DNA from: Tubiluchus corallicola
Taxonomy: Eukaryota > Animalia > Priapulida
DNA length: 64,000 nt
Assembly (NCBI GenBank): GCA_030141605.1
Contig: JAQGDQ010000031.1
Coordinates: 496,001 to 560,000, forward strand
Direction: 5' to 3'
Numbering within the stretch: position 1 is the stretch's first letter; each line of letters begins with the position of its first letter. The translations under genes were made by a program, and so were the position numbers. Positions 61,001 through 64,000 of this stretch are shown piece after piece. The notes under the pieces were generated by a model. It did no database searches, had not been told where the DNA came from, and saw nothing but the letters and a program-made list of their open reading frames with translations.

Positions 61001-62189
61001 ACTCACACGATTTGTTGTCAGTTGTCACGTACTTACCGCGAATGGATCAAGGTTGAACTGCGACAACTTTAGGCTATTAGTAAGCAAAAAAAAATTTTTG
61101 TTTTGTTTAGGATTTTATCAAGTTTATATATAAACTTTAGTATATTTGTTTGTTTAAAATTATAATTACAAATTACAATATTAAAATTACATATGTTTGT
61201 TCCATTTTACACAGTATTAATGCAATCGCTAAAAATTTTCTGAAGCAGCATCCCCACTAATTTTAGCTATGAGCCACCACTGGTTAGTATATTACACACT
61301 TGTTCTATAATGAGTGTTCTTCAGTTCATTGCTTGTTCCTCTGTTTAGCTTTCGTGAAAATTATTACATGACTTAGAAGTTAGGTCTGCCACATTCATCC
61401 ACTTAGGAAAAACCTCCTCATGTTATGAAGTCTGGCCATGTTTAAGTTATACGACAGTCACTAATAACTTGTACGCACAAACCTATTTCATGATTGCGGG
61501 TCGTCATTACTGTTTAACTAGTATTAGTCTAGTAGGTCTGATAATTATGTTTATTCAAACTCAAAACTCTTTACATTACAACTGTAATTATAATATACTG
61601 GTTTTGTCAACAAATTAAGATAAAGACACATATTTACAGTTCAATTAAAAAAAGAAATCGATGCTGGCTGTAATTTGGCCAGTTAAGTTTTTTATAAATT
61701 TTTCCTCTTACAGCAAAAAATGCAAAAGTTCAATCAGAGGATGCCTGCATCAACAATCAATTGATGAGGCGAAGCATCATAAAAGCTTTCAATTCAGCTT
61801 TTCTGCTAATAATGTAAGAGCATTTTTTCATCATTTATCTGGCACTTATTGTCAAAATATGCAAAAACGTTATGAGACAGTTGAATAGAACGGATTAAAC
61901 AGCGATATTACCTAATTTGAATCTCCTTTCTCATGTCGTGATCTAACTCCTCAAAATCTATAGACAGCAAATTAACTAGAGTATTCACTACTGACATGCC
62001 AGACAAAATCTTTAGCACCATTTTCTTTTTTTCCGCAAATTCATGGCTCGAATCCAAAGGTGCACAAAGAGACATTCGTACCAAACATGGTAAAATCGGA
62101 CGTATTTCTTTCTCAGACATAGAATTTAACAAATTTACGTCCACGCGCTGTACTACTCTGAATGCTCTAGTCGATACAGGATAATCCAT
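40074..62189 (-). CDS. INTS2: Integrator complex subunit 2, 1114 aa, 18 coding exons
   Basis: Exons 61912-62189, 60377-60515, 59881-59983, 59180-59293, 58749-58879, 58012-58215, 57345-57508, 56166-56363, 55880-55994, 54630-54833, 53121-53555 (GC donor), 51223-51653, 50480-50705, 49881-49988, 49226-49333, 42002-42107, 41353-41526, 40074-40180; 3345 nt, in phase. Motifs RPILPCLVRMSLCAP, VNLLSIDF, FGELLLLLAIHFH, LPVHCTHQLLKSRSFTKHKVPIK, DPLIVLRCDERVFRCPP, EELKNALVAAQESAA, LAKLVHFQGY and GIPSMHICLDFIPELL match INTS2. Confidence 0.95.
42435..42635 (+). repeat. 5' LTR (first bases hidden by Ns)
   Basis: Identical by eye to 48194-48394 over 201 bp. Confidence 0.93.
42636..42653 (+). promoter_or_regulatory. 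Primer binding site, tRNA-Leu-like (imperfect)
   Basis: TGGTGGCTGCCGGTGTGA directly follows the 5' LTR; the complement of the tRNA-Leu(AAG/TAG) 3' end is TGGTGGCAGCGGTGGGAT. Confidence 0.6.
42844..47727 (+). CDS. Gag-Pol polyprotein, 1627 aa, uninterrupted
   Basis: Zinc knuckle CPLCKQAGRAKFQHFLSTC; protease LDTGA; RT SDLTDAFYQIPL...MGMPGS...KLADDLYC; RNase H IVTDGS/CEVEAL/LTDSKP/SDFASR; integrase H-X4-H...CHMC, FAADIL, VRVD-(35)-E; C-terminal IGDLVYL and PKRSRRPPKYLADYV. Confidence 0.96.
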   Translation: MATTRAPKQWCLTKQETITSFEAWRQNLQYTLSLDQNFAEFLVEGATWHKKTNAAPLRGLQDDDENVPIANRQTAAQKTTHLDLMLGQIANYCPIISRNSIVKNSTSLTRIWQTIRQHFGFQTTGGHFLDFNNIHMQPDERPEDLFQRLNSFIEDNLLRAAGGIQHHGENPISDEEITPTLENLIILTWLRLLHPGLPSLVKQKYGTELRSKTLASLKPEISLALDSLLEELQASADAKVLRTAFRQFPDYSKRKQPLIRKKQPRRSTKICPLCKQAGRAKFQHFLSTCQYLPEEDKEYFARARQTISFEEDYSQDSADSCHNIDTTEPDAGDDDECASHNLRCVSTAHRVSTKQSPHLKVFYKHHPIYITLDTGAETSMIKEAIAHLIGVPIQQTTQSALQADGVTPLDIIGETRITVTRNAHNLCLEALVVRNLDVDILAGTPFLIANDISVRPARKKVCIKGSDTAKYDIPPVNTSKSSICYAHVLRAPSTPTMIWPGEYLELSVPSSVDPDSPLAVEPHTDYAKTTSLWPQPDIIEAVAGKIRIPNISSDPLTIPKHAHICKTYSVTSSKLTTNSQDSQNLPQAQMHNAKQNPPVCYSDAVTVDPDNILSPQSRANFKKLLQDYDGIFSPNISGYNGAAGKFASKVNMGPVQPPQRKGRVPQYSRDKLIELQAKFDELEAQGVVRRPEDVNVTVEYLNPSFSVKKRRGGHRLVTAFSDVGRYSKPQPSLMPDANTILQTIARWRYIIVSDLTDAFYQIPLEHSSMKYCGVATPFRGIRVYTRCAMGMPGSETALEELMCRILGDSLQDGFVSKLADDLYCGGETPEELLDNWHRVLDALHKSNIHLSPTKTIICPKSTTILGWIWTQGNIAASPHRIATLSTCPAPDTVHGLRSFIGAYKVLGRVLPGCSLVLAPLEDAIAGLQSRDKLQWTDELHHHFAAAQKALSMHKSIILPVPSDQLWIVTDGSVTKRGIGATLYVTRNSKLFLAGFFSAKLRKHQVTWLPCEVEALCIAAAVKHFSPFIIQSTSHPCVLTDSKPCVQAIEKLCRGEFSASPRVTSFLSTVSRYQVTVRHLSGNANIPSDFASRNAPECNEPHCQICSFIIQTEDSVVRSASVQDIINCTAPLPFTTRSAWRDIQSGCPDLRRTHAHLRQGTRPSKKCTNIKDVKRYLNAATIAKDGVLVVRRHEPLHPSMELIVVPRSVLEGLLTALHIKLSHPTKHQLQLVARRHFFALDMSKSIDRVTDSCHMCSSLKKFPQSLISQSSDSPPNAVGLSFAADILKRHRQLILVVRETSTSYTNACIVPDETSDTFREALACLCLDLHPPDGPPAVVRVDPAPGFRALSNDSTLLQLGLSLEIGRIKNPNKNPVAERAIQELEEELLRHEPGGGPVSRLGLSMALARLNSRIRHGGLSSRELWTQRDQFSHDQLPISDRDTIISQHMQRQANHSHSESSECPSRRNPNHPVINIGDLVYLYSDRDKSQARSRYLVTGIDGEWLFLKKFTGSQLRASSYKVKHSECYLVPTHTDHDKYPPPLLKHSFCDDDDDSEAVSAFPIPHQPLIPITLSSPPSDSYTDKASAVPQQLFPTCDTSTEQSIPPATDYSHPKRSRRPPKYLADYVT
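48166..48185 (+). promoter_or_regulatory. Polypurine tract
   Basis: AAGAAAAAGGAAAAGAGAAG, 3 nt before the inferred start of the 3' LTR. Confidence 0.85.
48189..48394 (+). repeat. 3' LTR (~206 bp)
   Basis: CGCCAGTATAC...TTAATGGCG; AATAAA at 48322-48327. Confidence 0.92.
54258..54435. repeat. Degenerate (TTAGGG)n-like tract enclosed by inverted repeats (MITE-like), INTS2 intron 10
   Basis: GTTAGG-type hexamers at ~54302-54395, flanked by AGTTTAAAATTCCCCACA and TGTGGGGAATTGTAAACT. Confidence 0.7.
54989..55723. mobile_element. Possible pogo/Tigger-like non-autonomous element
   Basis: TA-CAGT...ACTG-TA ends with repeated ACTCTATAAA subterminal motifs; TIR similarity beyond the ends is weak. Confidence 0.35.
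57108..57175 (+). pseudogene. tRNA-derived fragment (SINE head or pseudo-tRNA)
   Basis: TCTAGTGG (A-box-like) ... GACTTGTGATT (anticodon-loop-like) ... GGTTCAAATC (B box); no proper acceptor stem. Confidence 0.4.
58547..58779. repeat. 72-bp x ~3.2 tandem repeat overlapping the 3' end and donor of INTS2 exon 5
   Basis: Units start at 58547, 58619, 58691 and 58763 (T.CACAGC.CAC.GGT...TGAAAGTG.CAACTGATCAGACT..TGCA.AA.TTACTGTCAAA.CTC.TA). Confidence 0.92.
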
Positions 62190-64000
62190 CGTTATAACTT
62201 AAATGAGCAACGTTTGCAACATAATTTTAAAGCACGCAGTGTCACACACAATCCTCAACAACAGGGGGCTGACATCTTGCTATTTCAAGTCACGTTCACG
62301 CAGAGTTTTTTCACCACTCAAACTGTAGCTGTTGGTATTCTTAGTTCGCTAGTCATTATCTTCATCATCAGTCATCATCACTATCATTATCACTATAATC
62401 ATGATTACCAGCAGAGAATGTAATACTCGCCAGGCCTCATAGCGGACACTGTTCTCGCTGCCTTGAGTTTCTGATGACATGTATGAACTAATTATTGAAC
62501 CGTGCCAAAAGGAACCTGATCCATTGTCAATTCTAGCTGAATCCTACATTAGGCCTACGTATCCGATAAAACTGACGGAGTTATCGTATGGTCAAAAGAT
62601 GTGTTTGCCTCTTACTTTTTGCTAAACTTAGTTCATTTTTTTATAAATTATACTTCGGCACACTGAAAGCCGAAATCTGTCACTCATTAGCAGCTACTTC
62701 TCAATGCAGTTTCTGACATGACCGGAGCCTGGCTCATAATCTGGGATATTAAGCTAAGAAGGCAATGATTTCTTAACTACACTACTTTATAGTGTAAACA
62801 GCCAGGATCTAACACATGCAGTCACGAGCTATTGACGCAAAGCATAATCTGAGAAGACTCAGTTACAACCCCACTCAATCTAGGAGCATGCCAGTGTCTA
62901 CATGAAATTACTGTAATCATGCCTTCCTAGTTTAGCTTAAGAGGGACACGTTTAACTTCGCGTCACCTCACGGTTTGTCAGTTTCATAACTGACATTCAC
63001 TTGTCAATTAATTCTCTTGTTTATTTTTTATGCCTTTTTTCAGCAACTTTTAAAAAAATCCATTCACACTTAAGGGTCTGCAATGAGATTCCAAAACTTC
63101 TAATTTGCCAAAATAGTTAGTGAAACAAAAATTAATTATGATTAACTTTACTATGAATTGGGCATTTTGATTTTTCAATTAATTGACCGAAACATTAGTT
63201 CCCGATCATGTCAGTTGTTTTTCAAACAGCAGAAATAAACTGAAATGCTTCAACAGAAGTTATAAAAACAAAATAATCATTATTATTACAACAGTCAATC
63301 AGCGCACATCAAATAATAATAAAAAATGTAATAATTATTTAATAACATGTATGTAATAACAGCGAGTAGACCTATTTATATTTGCTATAGAATTTTTATA
63401 GAACATTATATTCCTCTATAAATTATTCAATATTAATTTTGTCACAGTATGTGATACTGTACAATAAACTTACTGATTTATCAATTAAAATTGTTATTAA
63501 TAAACATTAGGCCTACAATCAATAATATTAAACAAACGGGCATTTATAGTACTGAAGTGATTAATATCTTTGCACACTTACCATGCCATCTCAGACTACT
63601 ATCACAACAATTTTGTCAAAATTGCACAAAAGAATTATAGCAACACCTATAATCATTTGTATTATTACATATTTAATTAATTACCTTTAAGTAAAGATAA
63701 AAGTAAACAGCTGGAAAGTTCGTGATACATTTTAAGAAATTGGAGATTAGGTTATTGTAATGATGTAATAACTAGCAGATTGTGATCAAATGCTCTGTCA
63801 GCAGGCAAAAAACTCAAAATTGGTTCATGTACAGGCACATACCTATAGAATGAGAACAAATGATCTCAATATGAACCAAAAGCATGTGACTCACTTGCAC
63901 ATGTTAAGCACACTAATCTTGCCAATCTTAACACATTGCTCTAAGCAAGGGTCTCAATTTGCCAAAATGCTACAGTACAAAAAATCACAAAGCATGTACT

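Overview
AT-rich animal (invertebrate-like, species not determinable) nuclear DNA with five intron-containing genes whose exons I assembled by hand from splice sites and phase continuity: the 3' part of a coiled-coil gene resembling SPAG5/astrin (+, 229-7724), flotillin-2 (-, 11823-20504, 424 aa), PP4 catalytic subunit PPP4C (+, 25019-30207, 311 aa), RanBP1 (+, 33528-38425, 235 aa) and Integrator subunit 2 INTS2 (-, 40074-62189, 18 coding exons, 1114 aa, one GC-AG intron). Two near-identical box C/D snoRNAs of the SNORD43/snR70 type sit in RanBP1 introns 2 and 3. The most unusual object is an intact ~6 kb Ty3/gypsy-order LTR retrotransposon inserted antisense in INTS2 intron 15. It has identical LTRs and a single 1627-aa Gag-PR-RT-RH-IN ORF. 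Its RT catalytic motif is LADD rather than YxDD, its zinc knuckle is C-X2-C-X9-H-X4-C, and its LTR ends are CGCCA...TGGCG instead of TG...CA. Introns and intergenic DNA also carry LINE 3' fragments, hAT- and Tc1/pogo-like MITEs, a probable non-autonomous Helitron, tRNA-derived fragments, microsatellites, and tandem duplications that copy exon ends together with their splice donors. All homology calls are from recalled sequences and motifs; no database search was run.
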